A stretch of 64,000 bases of DNA, from assembly GCA_015680685.1 (NCBI GenBank), contig MNCI01003070.1:737754-801753 (forward strand), given 5' to 3'. Below the pieces are notes generated by a model. The model did not search any database. It was not told the DNA's origin and was given only the letters and a program-made list of their open reading frames with translations. Below, in pieces: positions 41,001-53,771 of the stretch; within the stretch, counting starts at the first letter, position 1; the number at the start of each line of letters is the position of its first letter. The DNA is from Gnetum montanum (lineage: Eukaryota; Plantae; Gnetophyta). The position numbers and the translations under genes were made by a program.

Positions 41001-44000
41001 TAGCTGTAATGTCTCACTAGCACTTTTCTTTGGGGCTGGTGGCTTTAGCAATTCAACGAACGAAGCATTTTGGGCTCTTCTGGGGACATCATTAGTGTAC
41101 CCCAAAATTCTAGCATGCCTACATAGCTTCCTGATGAGACAAGGGAAGGGAAACATGAACTTCCCTATCTTGCATTCTTCAAACCACCTCAAGATCTAAA
41201 TGAGATATAGATAGGGAATGTTAGCATTAACCTTGCCCATCAATATCACACTTCCTCTTACTGCATACATTGAGATTCTATTTAATCATTTTGTGGGAAA
41301 TATGTGATAAGTGCCAATCTTGAAATATACCATTTTTTCCTACATCAACTTTCCAAATGTCTTATCTTCCTTGCCATATGTCCTTTTCAACCAAATTCTC
41401 CATGCATCAACATCACAGCGAGTGGGTAGGTGAGAAACTTTTGGCCCTATATTCGGAAGGTTTAACACTTTTGAAATGACCTTGGTAGAAAAATCTATAG
41501 ACACACCACCAATGTCAACGGTGGTGTGCCTTCTTCTTTATTATGCCAAAATTGGTATGTTTCTCCTAAGTACCAGGCACCACTTTCAGAGAGGATGGGC
41601 CATAATGGGGATCCTTTGAGTTGGTCCCTAACAACCTCAGGTGCAAACTCTCTGAAAGATCCAAAGTTCAATTCCATGATCATGGCTACCAACATGGATC
41701 TTTCATGGATGGCTTGAACACACTTTGGGGATAACGTAGCTCCTGCTTCTGCATATCCTGATTGCATAATAGCAAGAGGCTCTTGATGGATGCTAAATGA
41801 TTACACCTCCTACTCTACACATTCCTTGGGAGATGCCTAGCCTCTACCTCTCCTTGGTCATTTGGATACACCTTGAGAGGGTCCCTCTTGTTGACCATGT
41901 TTCAAGGCCATCTACAATCACATGAGGCCAATCATTAGTAAGGTTGCTTACAAGATTTTATTTAAACCTTACTTCTTTCCTTAAATAGATTCGATTCTTA
42001 TTCCGTGTGATTTAGAGTTAAGAAATTTTGTGAACATGTCCCCTAAAATTTTTAATATTGGACCCACTTCAATTAGGTGGCATCAAAATTTAATTTCTTG
42101 GTATAGGTGAGGAGATAAAATTATTTTTGGCAATATGTTTATCATTTTTATAATCACTTACCCTTTATAGTATCCTTTGGGTGATGATGAATTTTGGAAA
42201 ATTTATGCACAATTTGGAGTGTACCCTTTCCCCATGATTAAGTTGGACACTCTAGGTTCAGGTAGGTTCAAGCGGAATGGGAATCAGAGCATTAGTGAGC
42301 GAGTTATGGTTGTTTGACCAAGAGGTGTACAAGTTTTAATTCATGGAAGAAAATTTGAAAAAATCCCCCCGCGTGACCAATTGAAAATGATGTTGATGTG
42401 CACAGGGGAGTCCATATATATAGTTTTTGTTGACATAATATCACGTACCTGATAGTGCGACCCCAATATTACGTTCGACTTGATATCAAGCACTCGATAT
42501 CACGACCTATTTAAAATAGGGTACTAAAAAGAATTGATGAATTTCTACAATTCTAAGGTAAAAAGTGAAGGACTTGAGGTCAATGTAAAAGGTCTAGGGT
42601 AATATTGGACAGACCGAAAGGCACAAAAAGCGTAATGGTGTAGAATCTAACAATGAAATTCATAAATCAGATGATGAAAAGGGACATGTGTTGGTACATA
42701 GGAACAGTTGAACCTGAATGATGATGAAGGAAAGAATACCGTTGGTAATGTAGATAATGAGGATATAAAATGATGTGATGGTGATGTGCAATAAGTGTAA
42801 ATTACAAGGGTTACACAAATGGGTCCTTCCCAAAGCAAGTTCCTACCTATAACGCCCTTACGTAACCACCTTGAAGATGTTCGTAGGCACTAAGAGTTTG
42901 AAATGTAATCCACACCAATTCCACAAAACACACACATGTAGATACCACCATGATGAGGTATGGATTCGATGTAACACAAGACACAAGTCAGAAATGCTTG
43001 AACAACGAGATGAAATGAGTCGTAGAGGGGATTGCAGAGATTAAGACGTGAGAGAATTGACTTAGGACACAATGAATCTTGTTTGTAGGGCATGCTTAAT
43101 GTGTCATTAGCTTGTTGCTCCAAAATCAAGACCAAGTCCATTCCTCTAATTAGTGACATCGCATTGTTTCATCCCATGATGGACATTCATAAGAGGATCA
43201 TGATAGCAAGGCGTACAATCACTTGGCATTTCATTCAAGGGAGGAGTGATTCAAATTTGTTTGTGGCACTTTTTTTTTTCTTTTTGGGTGGCTGCTTTGG
43301 CACATCCTTCTTCTCTCTTTTTTTTGAATGCTTAATTTAGAGGAGCTGCCTACCTTTAGACATGGGTGCATGTATTTCCAGTGGGATCCCCTAGAATAGC
43401 ATTAGGATTTTTGATTGAGTGCCTTTATTACTCTTACTCCCATTTTTCATTAGATCTACAAGAATCTTAGTACAACCAGGCTTCCTAATAACTCCTACAG
43501 ATGTCACCAAAGAGAATCCACAAGTCCCCTTGATGTCACACCCTGGCCATTCCCGCTTACTTCATCCTTCTTTGCTCTAGGCATAGTGAGCACAAAATTA
43601 CTTTAGGTTTTAATGATGTTAAGAACATCATCATACCCAAAGTAGAACCTCTTATTAATAAAATGGATGGATGGATGTGATGGGCTCATTGTCCAAGTAA
43701 TTAGTTACTTGAGACTTAATACCAGAGAACAACACCTGAACCAACACATGAATGCTTTATTCATAGATGAGATTACTCATAAAAATATAAAATAATAAAA
43801 CAATAAATAAGTAAATTAAAAGATGAAAAACTGGAAAACAAAAAAGTATAAAATTAAAGAAAAGGAAAAATATTTATTAATTCTGCTTGTTAGAATGGAG
43901 GATATCCCCCATAACTAAATGATTGGGCATGGTTAGAATTAATAAATGGAAGGTTAGGATCCATGCATGTTGGAAATATTAGGACCCAATTATATCCAAT

Positions 44001-44870
44001 CCATTGGGTATCTTTTGATGTGGTGGTTGGAATGTATCCAAACTAGGGTTCACACACTTGATTAATGTTGACATAGTGGGGCAAGTTATAAGATGTGGTT
44101 GATTGATAAGGAATTGACCCACTATGGCACCCATGACTGTAAGATGGTATGCAAGGATCGATATGTCTCCCTACGTGGCTATATTCTTTGGGCCGCATAG
44201 TTGTTGGAGTGTTAAGTGATGGCCTAGATAAGGTAACATGAGGCATTAGGTTTGAGGAGAAAGATGCACCATAGTGTTGAATTTATGCTGAGTTGGAGGA
44301 TGTAATGGTCTCAGAATTGTGCTATCCCTTTCTTCGATTGTGCCTAAAGAAAGGATGCTTCTGATGTTGTGGAGGACCTCCACTATTGTTAACTATAGCA
44401 ACACAAGTAATGTTCATGTGTTGATGTTGTGGTGCAAAACTTGATGGTATTATTGGTGGCGATGTAGAAGGCGGTGAAGGATGAGAATATTGAGGGTGAG
44501 GAGAAGTGTAAGGCACATGAGGTGGTGATCGTGTTGGATAGGATATGGGTTAATAGGATTTAGGAGAATGATAACAATGTGATGAGATAGATGATGTTGA
44601 CCTAGTTGGGGAAATAGGATGCTAAACCTAATAGGCACTTGGGCTCGGATGATATGAAGGGTATGACCAGTTTGAGGGTGGCCTCACCCACAACTAGGAT
44701 TTTTACAACTATGATTGAACACAGTATTTTTGTACAAACTCTGGGTGTAACATTCTTCCCCAATGCTCATGTAAATGTGAAAAAATTGGGCATTGATCCT
44801 TGGGGTGATCATACAAGCACATGACACTTTGATACATTTGGAACTAAGGCAGGGATTTCCACAAGTGCAG
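38076..44870 (-). mobile_element. Athila-like element without recognisable pol: Pro-rich gag tail (about 43900-44870), non-coding spacer, accessory ORF, PPT, 3' LTR (38076-38965)
   Basis: LTR TGATGAGTGACGAGG..TTCATCA is followed by TACCCCCA (PPT, minus). The gag tail is homologous to 19150-19750. No RT, RNase H or integrase motifs seen. Confidence 0.75.
39130..41900 (-). pseudogene. Decayed Athila accessory (env-position) ORF: putative plant-transposon-protein-like N-terminus and coiled coil
   Basis: ORF fragments at 41495-41767, 40995-41192, 40269-40622, 39556-39747 and 39175-39381 are all on the minus strand. Motif YQFW...DFSTKVISKVLNLP and an E/K/L-rich heptad-like region. Confidence 0.6.
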
Positions 44871-47734
44871 CCTCATGATCGTTTGGTAGGAAATGAATGC
44901 AGTGAGATTAGACTATGTAGTTCAACAAGTTTTCTACCTCCAGAGCTGATAGGCCCGATGGACTCTCTGGCCTCCCCACCTAGACAATTCACCTGGCTGT
45001 CAGTCTAACCAGAAACTATGCTAGGAGTTGTTGATGGTGCTCAGGATGGGCAAAACAGTTTAACAAGATTTCTAGTGGAGAAGTCTACTACACTATGCTA
45101 TGCTGCGTAGCGTAGCAAGCCTTCAAAAAATCAACCAAGCATCCAAATACAAGTTTCAGCAAGATGTTCGTGCAAGGCAAAGTCAAAATTTAGCCAACAC
45201 ATGTTGCTATGCTACATAGCATAACATAATGTAGCAAGGGCGAAACATGCAAAGACCCCTCTGCCAAACCATTTCAGCAAAAGAACTACATCTAATAGCA
45301 TTGTGGTTTCTAAAACTACTCTGTCTCAAGTAGCTCATGAACCATAAGCAAATTTTTCGTGTGAAACATCGCAATTTTAACAGATGAAAATTACATTGGC
45401 TACTACGCAATGCTATGCTACGTAATGTAGTGTAGCAAAGACATTCATCAATAAAAATGCTCCAAAGGTTAGCTCGGTGTGCACCAAGACTTTCAGCAAA
45501 AGCTAGTGACTCCAAGCAAGTTTTTCATTTAAACTTGTGGCTATGCTACATAGCATAGCACAACGTAGAAAGTAGCTATGCTACATCGATGTGCTATGCT
45601 ACATAGCGTAGCATAGCATAGCAAGTGGCTACACTACTTCAATGTGCTTTATTTCTCACTTACATTGTTGGCACACCTAATTCCAGCATCTCCAGTTTTG
45701 ACAACATGGTTACAGCATAGCAAGTTCATGATCAGTTTTGCACATCTACGCAGTACGAGCATGTCAGCATCTTGTGGGGTCCAGGACATGTAACTCCTAA
45801 ACCACACTTTCCTCTTACTCGTGGCCCTATAAATACCCTGGCAAACAACGCTCAACAGGTTGGCATTTTGGTCATTACCACTTTATGGTTGGTGGTTGGT
45901 TGTTTTGTTGGCTAGGTTGGCTTTTTGCATTGGCTGTCTTGCGGTTGGCTCCTGTTTGGCATTGACAGAGAGTAGTTGGCTTGTTAGCATTTGACACAAT
46001 TTTCATGTTGGCATTTTGCATTGGTTAGCTTTCTTGTTAGCTTGCAAGTTCGCATTCAAGAGCATTGTTGGCACATTTTGAAGCTTGGTTACTCTTAAAC
46101 TCTCTGTGCACCTCCAGCATTGTATAATTTGTTATACATCCCTCAAACAAAGTAAAGAATCGAACCTGTGACCTTGCAGCGGTGCATTTTCTTACCCAAG
46201 TTTATGCTGATATCCTTTTATTATTATCGCTGTTTAGCGTTATTTTCATTCCCACATTTATTGATTATCGATTTTACTTCGTATATTTTGCAATCAAAAA
46301 AATGTTCACATAAGGTTAAGTTACATTGATTTAGCCCCTATCTGATTGACCAGGCCGTTTAGGGTGTCCCATTTCCATTTTATCTAGCACGACCCTTGCA
46401 CAGATTCGGGGTTAAACTATTCACTCGGCAACCTCTCGATGTTTCTAGCCACTGATGTTTTCAGTCATCATAGTTTCTAGCACTAGAAGGAGGGTCTTTT
46501 TGGTGCCCTTTCTTGTGTCTCACAGGTATTCTTGCATGCTCTCTATACCCCGTCACTTATTAGTGTAAACATTGCACCTTTGCAATTGTTTGTGCAATGT
46601 GTGGTGCAAGTTGGTCACACTTACGATTCCTTTGGAATCCTTCAGGACAGAAAGCCTTCGATTACCTCTTAATCTCTATTATTTCTTGCTCATAAACCAT
46701 TTTCAGCTTCACGAAAATGATTTCCTCAACCACCACTATTTCTACCTCAAACATTGAGGTTCCCTTTTCGGTTCAGGGCACCACAAGTGCCGAGCAACTG
46801 CCTAGCCCAGTGCTAGGGCCATGTTGATATCTCAAGATCCAAAATCAATCACCCAAGAGGTTGGTACAACATGCTAAAATGTACAATTTCCTTTGTGCCA
46901 AGATCTAGGCGAATCTGCCCTTGGACGCCCAGGAACTCGAAGATAAACATAACTTCGAGTTCCTTTACCTCAATGGGAGGGAATTTACCCCTACTCCCGA
47001 TGTAGCCATTCCCTTGACATAGATGTATCAGTGGATCTTTGATCAGCTACTATGGGTTTGTAGGCCTAGAGAGCGAGACACGTTATCCCCTTATGATGAG
47101 GCGTTTCAAGATGGACAAGAAGACATGGATTCCCAGTCCGAGGGTGGGGGTCAAACTAATGCTGCGACTATCCCTCCCACCTCGTATTTCTAGTTAAACT
47201 TGCTCTTTACGAGTGCTCCCTTCATGATTACATCTGCACCATCGCAGCCCACAGTTTCATCAGCAACGGGTAGCCATGCCATGCCCTTGGCGTATCAACA
47301 TGCCTATTCCTCCATCTCATTTCCAAGCACTATTCCCCCATAAGCTTTTCACCAATCCATCCCTACATCGTACCACGCATCGATCACATCTACCCTACCT
47401 TACGTCCATACAGTACCTATATCGCAATTGCATATAGTCTTTGCATCCATTCTAGTATCTACACCTATTCCATCATCAACGATAGGCCCACCCCCAACCA
47501 CGTGGTGGACCCCATTTACTTCCCCCTACTTCATAACCCTCGCAAATGTTCCACTATGCTCATCATCAAGCGTACCAGGCCCTGCAAATAGTACAACCAA
47601 GTGCAGGACTATGGTCTACCCCACCGATCATGCAAGCAACATATCCAATGGCACCACCAGCGACCACTACCCCAACAACACCACCCACTGGGTGATGGAC
47701 AACACAAGTAGCACCCTTCGTAGGGGCTACCCCA

Positions 47735-49204
47735 ATGACACCACCTATGAGCCAGGTCATTGCTCATACAACTTCACCAATGGTGGCTGCCCCTGCAGTT
47801 CCACAACCGTCTGCATCGTCCCTGGGTCTAGACCAAGCATTCCAACTTATCCAAACCCTTACTAAAGAAATTAAGCACCTCAAGGTTGTCGATTCTGACA
47901 CAGTACAAGTCATGGATTTCTACCATGATGATCCCATCAGCCCAGTAGTCCCCATGTTAACATTATCCCCTAGGATGCCACTCCCACACTTTACAAAATA
48001 CAATGGGGAGGGTGATCCCAACGTGCATCTTGTAACATTTAGATCTGAGTCCCTTCTATTACAACAATGGCTGCACACCATCATTTGCATCTTTGCTATG
48101 TCTTTGATGGGCAAAGCTTTGGACTGGTACCACACGTTCCCATACTCTTCTATCTCAACCCTAGAGGAGCTGCTGACTCAGTTCATAACACGTTTCAAGT
48201 ATAACTTGAGACCAGAGGTAATGCTGGATCAGTTGATGAGTGTAAAGCAAGGTCCACTAGAATCAGTCCAGAAATTCATACAGTGGTGGAGTGCTACCCT
48301 AAATGAGATCCATGAGCATATCACAGAGGCCCATTTGCTGGCCATCTTTAAGGATGCAGTGAACAACTTTATCAAGTCCAAACTATACTACCATGCTCCA
48401 CTAACACTTAGTCATGCTTTTTCCCAGACCAAGAGCATACAAGACGCCGCTAAGGTAAGTAAAGGTCTAGCCTATGTTGCATATAAGAAAAAGTATATAA
48501 AGAAGGACAAAGAAAAGGGAAAGGCTACAATAGCCATAGTGGTTGTGGTGGAAAACAAAGGCAAGCCCAATAACAAGAACAACAAAAAGGTAGTTTCTAT
48601 GCCAACTAACCCCGCACCTACACCAAACAACACTGCTCAACCCTCCATGTTGGCACCCAAAGCACCCACTTCACCTAAGCCTAACCTCAAGCGTAAAGAT
48701 CGCTCTAAGTACACCCCACTACCCATTAAGCCTTCAGAACTTTTGAAGTAATTACTAGGGGTGAGGTACATTCAACACAAGCAGATGTTAGAGGAGCCAA
48801 GCAAAAGACATCAACGATACTATGAGCTCCTTAGGAACCCCTCCTTGGCTTTGTCCAACAAGCCCCTAGTTCCTAAGAACTTCGGGCTGGAGCAGTTCTG
48901 TGACTACCATCAACTTTGTGTTCATGATACAAATTACTGTTTAGCATTAAAGAATGATATTCAACGAATGATTGATCAAGGGAAGTTGGTTCTAGATGAA
49001 AGAAATCTCTTGCATCTCGAGAATCAATCTATGCACGTTTACATAGATCCACTTAACACCAATAAAGTTAGTTACATTATCAACACCATTGGCATAAACG
49101 GTAATCCCAAACCGCCTCAGCAACCATTTGTGCTTCATATGCCTCAACATAGTGCTCCCACACTAGTAGTAGCTAAAAAACACCGTAGCACCCATTCGTC
49201 CTAA
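47735..49204 (+). pseudogene. Tat/Ogre-like gag (frameshifted)
   Basis: KYNGEGDPNVHL, FAMSLMGKALDWY, VKQGPLESVQKFI, and the CHHC knuckle FCDYHQLCVHDTNYCLALK. Confidence 0.88.
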
Positions 49205-49663
49205 GGGTTCCCCTTTAGACATCCGTGCCTGAACCTTCTGTGAACAAGACCGCATCACCCCTCGCATTAACACCGAGAGCACCATTCATCATCAGGGGGC
49301 CAAACCACTCAACCGTCCCTACCCCACATAAGACAGCACCGCAGCCTTCTCATCCAAGGAAATGAGAAGAGCATTTGACAAGTGAGGTGACAACGGAAGG
49401 TACCACCCCAAGTCCTTCGAAGCCTACTTCCTCGTACTCTACATCTACACCCACATTGTCACCAAAAGTTAACACTGCTGCACACGCTGTCGTTGCTCCC
49501 TCACCCGAAAGGGTCTAACCCCAAATCCAAAGTTATTCCTCCTTAGGAAATTTGTCTCCTGGGACGAATGGAAGAGGAGAAGGGTAGTAAACAATAGGAA
49601 GGTGGACAAGACCTTTTAAGCACTCTTACTATTAGGGAAGATCCTAAAAAGGGTCAGAACACA

Positions 49664-50433
49664 ATGTTAAATCTATACAACGTGATAATGACTTCCACTG
49701 CACACTGTGAAGCTCTAGCTCATCTGTTAATAGCAGTACCAGTTGACGAGAACATGCCAACAGAAGAGAAAGCAATTCATTTGATTATGCTTCCTTTTGC
49801 ACTTGCAGAACTGCAGTTGTCCCAATTGACATTCTGTGATGAATCCATTAGGGAAGATCCTAAAAAGGGTCAAGTGACTACAACACCTCTATTCATCATA
49901 ATTTGGGTAGGCCAACATAAGATTCGAAGGGTACACGTTGATGATGAGGCTACTACAAATGTCATCCCATTCCCCATTGTGGATAAACTAGGTTTGGTAG
50001 ACTAAATCAACCCATGACAATGTCATGTTTGAAGTCATTTAATGAGGCACGGATCATGGTGAAAGGCACTCTCCACATCAACTTTGTTGCAGGGGATCAA
50101 TTTTCCACAAATGCAACGTTTATCATGGTGGAAGAGATGTCCAGGTTTAAGTTGATCCTAGGGAGGTCATGGTTAGCCCAACTTAGGGCTGTCTCTTCTC
50201 CCATACACCAAGAAATCCTTCTATCCTACGTAGGCAGGGAGGTGGTGATCCACGGTGATGAGGTGGCAACACAAGCAATAAACAATGTAGATATGGAGCA
50301 AGGTTCAAAGGTCATAACCTCTGAGAACAAGGCACCTATCTCCATTAGCACTAAATATTTGACGAACAAGTCAGCCCAACATGCCAGCTTAGAAAATGAA
50401 ATTGTGTGGACCGAGTTGCCTTTTCAAGCATAA
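49664..50433 (+). pseudogene. Degenerate retrotransposon aspartic protease region
   Basis: RRVHVDDEATTNVI, LKSFNE, LILGRSWL..LRAVSSPIHQ. Confidence 0.8.
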
Positions 50434-50656
50434 GATGATGATGTAGAAGAATGCCATAGTAAAGCCTCTTGGCCTTACATCTCACCAAATCCACGATGGG
50501 TCAGAAAGCAGTTGCATATAGCGTAGCAACTCCACTGCTTCTTACCCAATTAACCCCATCATGCATTTATTCCTGGTTTGCTTAACATCCACTCATCAAT
50601 GCAACATGTCTAACCTATTCTTTTAACCATTCACATATCTTCCATTTATATCATAT

Positions 50657-50945
50657 GATGGCCCGAAATGGCCTAGAACTAGCAATGGCCCAAAATGGCC
50701 TAAAACTACACACAGCCTGCTAAGTCCTAAAACTAGCAAAATCCTTCATTTACATTACACCACTACGGCCTGCTAAGGCCTAAAACTAGCAAAAAAATTT
50801 TATGTTTACATTCTCCCATGGCCTGCTAAGGCATAAAATTGGCAAACTTTTCTGATTTCATCACCTCGCGGCCCGCTAAGGCCTAAAACTGGCAAAATTC
50901 TTTACCCCACATTTACACGATGGCCCAAAATGGCCTAAAACTAAG
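50657..50945. repeat. Imperfect tandem array with core GGCC(T/C)GCTAAGGCCTAAAACT(A/G)GCAAA
   Basis: About 8 copies of the GGCCTAAAACT-type core, mostly 50-60 bp apart. Confidence 0.85.
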
Positions 50946-51090
50946 ACGACAAAAAAGATAAAAATAGATAACATAGACAATACATAAGCCAAAATAAAAT
51001 GAATCTTGTCATAATTCATTTCCCATCCAAAGTCTCAATTGAATAATGTTTGCAATTTTCTTTTAAAAATACAAATAGGATCCCTTGCTC

Positions 51091-52921
51091 TCATGCATCA
51101 TCTTCCGCTACATCATTGTTCCTTCCCTCAAAGGGCCTTTCATCTTCATCTGGATTCTGTGTCATAAAAAAATTAAAACAAACAAAAAATAGTTAGCTAG
51201 AGTCACGATAGAAACTAGAATAAAATAAATTGCTGCATCGTGAAAAGTGACTAACTTGAGACAGCCCCATGCCTATCTCAGCAGGTATGTGATCCAAGAT
51301 GATCTTGAGGCATTGCCATACCTCCTCTTCAGTAATATTTGCCCAATACCTATCACCCAAATCAGCTTCTGCTGCAACTTTCTTCTTTTCAGCAGCCATC
51401 CATCTAGGTGGCCCTAGAAAAAAGGAGGTAGTGGCGATCCCACCCGCCAAGAAACTCACTTCCCATTTAGGAGACTCAATGACCATCACTTGTTGCATGA
51501 ACGTTTTATAAGCCTCAGAAGCACCAATAGCATCAAGGAATACTTCATTAGTCTACAGCTTAACAGAAGTGTCCCAATACTGTTTATGGTAGGTAGCACA
51601 TTCCAGTTTATACATATGCTTGTGGTTTTTCTGGGACTGCCCCCACTCGTAAACTCTTGCACTATAATATTTCCAATCTTGGTTCTTCTAGGCTAATAAG
51701 TCCATCTACATCCCCTGTTCTATTATTTCCCATGTGGCCTCGTTGTTGCACCACACGACCGTCCAATATCTTGCATAATAGATTATAGTTGTGTGCCAAC
51801 TGCCATCATTGGTATCTCGAGCTAAAAGGAACTCATTTCTAGAGTAGAGGTCCCCCACCTTGGCCGTTAGACTTGCCTTCTCTTGCTTGAGCCTCTGGAC
51901 CCATTACCACAGGTCTTCGTTCATACGCCTGCACTCCCACAAGGAGCATGCCGAGTATAACGCACATTCGCTAACCTCGTCGTATATGCAACGAGGTATC
52001 TCAGTTACTTCTGATGGGAATGCAAGCATGACATCAACCTTATCTACTTGCTTCGGGTCCCGCTTAAGGTGAGAGGCTATCAACCATACATAAAAGGCAT
52101 GAGTCACAGGTTAGCATAGAAAAGTTTAGCAGGTTAGCATAGCAAAGTTTAGCAGGTTAGTGTAGTAGAGTTTAACAAACTAAAAAAGCCTAGCATAGCT
52201 ACTTCACTTACCCACTTCTAGATTGATCCGCTTTAGACGGTCAATCATGTCATTGACCACTCCTTGCATGAAGGTAAACTTATCAAGGGTCTCGGCCCAC
52301 GGTCGCAAGCGGATCAAAGAAGGCCCGAGGGTGTCAATAGTGGTGTCTTCTACACAACAAAATGTGTTAGTTATGACTGAGTGGACTACAATAAAGCTGA
52401 TGAGCAACACAAATGACAGTGTTAAGCTCCTACCTAGCAAACCCTCAGGGGTGATAGNGGGGGGGGGGGGGGGGGGGGGTGTCACCCATTGACAAACTAT
52501 CAAATATGCGATCAAACTCATCAGCATCAATTTGTAGCTCCTCCTTCTCTAGTTGAGTTAACATTATGGTAGCACCCTCTGCAGTCATCTGCTCCTTTGG
52601 CGCTGAACTACATTTAGCAAAGAGATCATCGGCAGAGGTCCCTTCCTGATTGACATGGGCCTCTTCTATATTTGTTGGGGCCCTTCTTTCTGTGGCACTA
52701 GCATTTTCCTCATCAGTAGGGGAGTCCTCTTCATCGGTAGAAACGTCCTCCTAGTTAGCAAGAGCGTTTTCCTCATCAACGGGAGCCCCTTCCTTTGCAG
52801 CAAGAACCCCTTTTTTCTTGACTGTGGCCCTTTCCTCTGTGGCTAGCACCCCCACATCTTTATTAGCCACCCCCATTTTGGGGGTCGTCACCTCTTCTCC
52901 TTCTTCCTCTTCCTCTTCTTC
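51091..52921 (-). pseudogene. Intron-containing cargo gene B of unknown function, antisense within the Tat-like element (3' exons only)
   Basis: GT-AG introns 52211-52077 and 51255-51157. Last exon NPDEDERPFEGRNNDVAEDDA*. Homologous to the gene at 56357-60018. Confidence 0.75.
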
Positions 52922-53069
52922 CTATGCTAATAAAGCATAGTTACATTAGCCAAAAGCATACTAATTTAAAATAGATGCTACACTGTGCTACATTACCTAG
53001 CATAGCACAACGTAGCAAGCATTCACTAAATAAACATGATATCAAATAAAAACAGGAGCGGGTGCTAAT

Positions 53070-53770
53070 GGAGCTATTGGTGTGAGAGTTGCAGATGGAT
53101 TTGAAGAATGGTATGCTTGTGGGTTATCTCCCCTAGAAGAAGGAGTTCTATAATACTCCCGAGCTTGGTAGTGATGTTGTGATGTAACGTGGCCAATAGA
53201 GCCACATGGAGAGATTGGATGCTACACGCAGTAGCCATATGGGTCTGGTTCCCGGTAGGGGTATTGTTTCCTTGGTGGTGGCATCCCCCATGACTGTGGG
53301 TATTTCCACTATTAATGTTGCTCAACTGGTTGTGGTGGAGTTTCACTTGGATAATATGTTGAAGGTTGGTGGAACTGCCTTGGATTACCTTGGGGATAAG
53401 GTAACCGTTGAGGTGCTTGTCATTTATTAAGTCGTGGGATGAGTGCATACATCCCAAACTCCTGTAGATGTGATATTACTAGGCAACATCCCTTAGGATG
53501 GTCATATTGGCATATCTCACATCCACCGTCATTTTCCATGTATAAATCCACAACCTCTTCAGTGATGGCCATTTTGCCCTTACCCTTGTTATGTGCATTG
53601 TCCACTTCTCTCTTTTTCTTTTTGTGATGGTCACTACCTTGCTCCCTCAACTCCTCTACAATTTTAAGAATAGTTTCAAACCTACTATCTAGGGAGTCCC
53701 ACATTTGGTCTAGCTTTGTCGATACTTCTATTTTTAACTTTTGGAGCGGCAAAGTTTTCCTATTCACCAT
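53070..53770 (-). pseudogene. Athila-like gag fragment
   Basis: TLPLQKLKIEVSTKLDQMWDSLDSRF...GGCEICQYDHPKGCC is homologous to 18900-19400. Confidence 0.85.
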
Positions 53771-53771
53771 C

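Larger units (their letters stand above)
44876..53060 (+). mobile_element. Tat-like Ty3/gypsy derivative: 5' LTR (to about 46472), tRNA-Asn-type PBS, gag, protease, no RT/RH/INT, tandem array, antisense cargo gene
   Basis: CATCATA-GTTTC-TAGCACTAGAAGGAGGG at 46466-46494. GCCCTATAAATA at 45824. Outer boundaries approximate. Confidence 0.75.

Noticed and set aside
52458-52479. Poly-G run (G-quadruplex or poly-Pro)
   Set aside because: Adjacent to an N, so its length and identity are unreliable.
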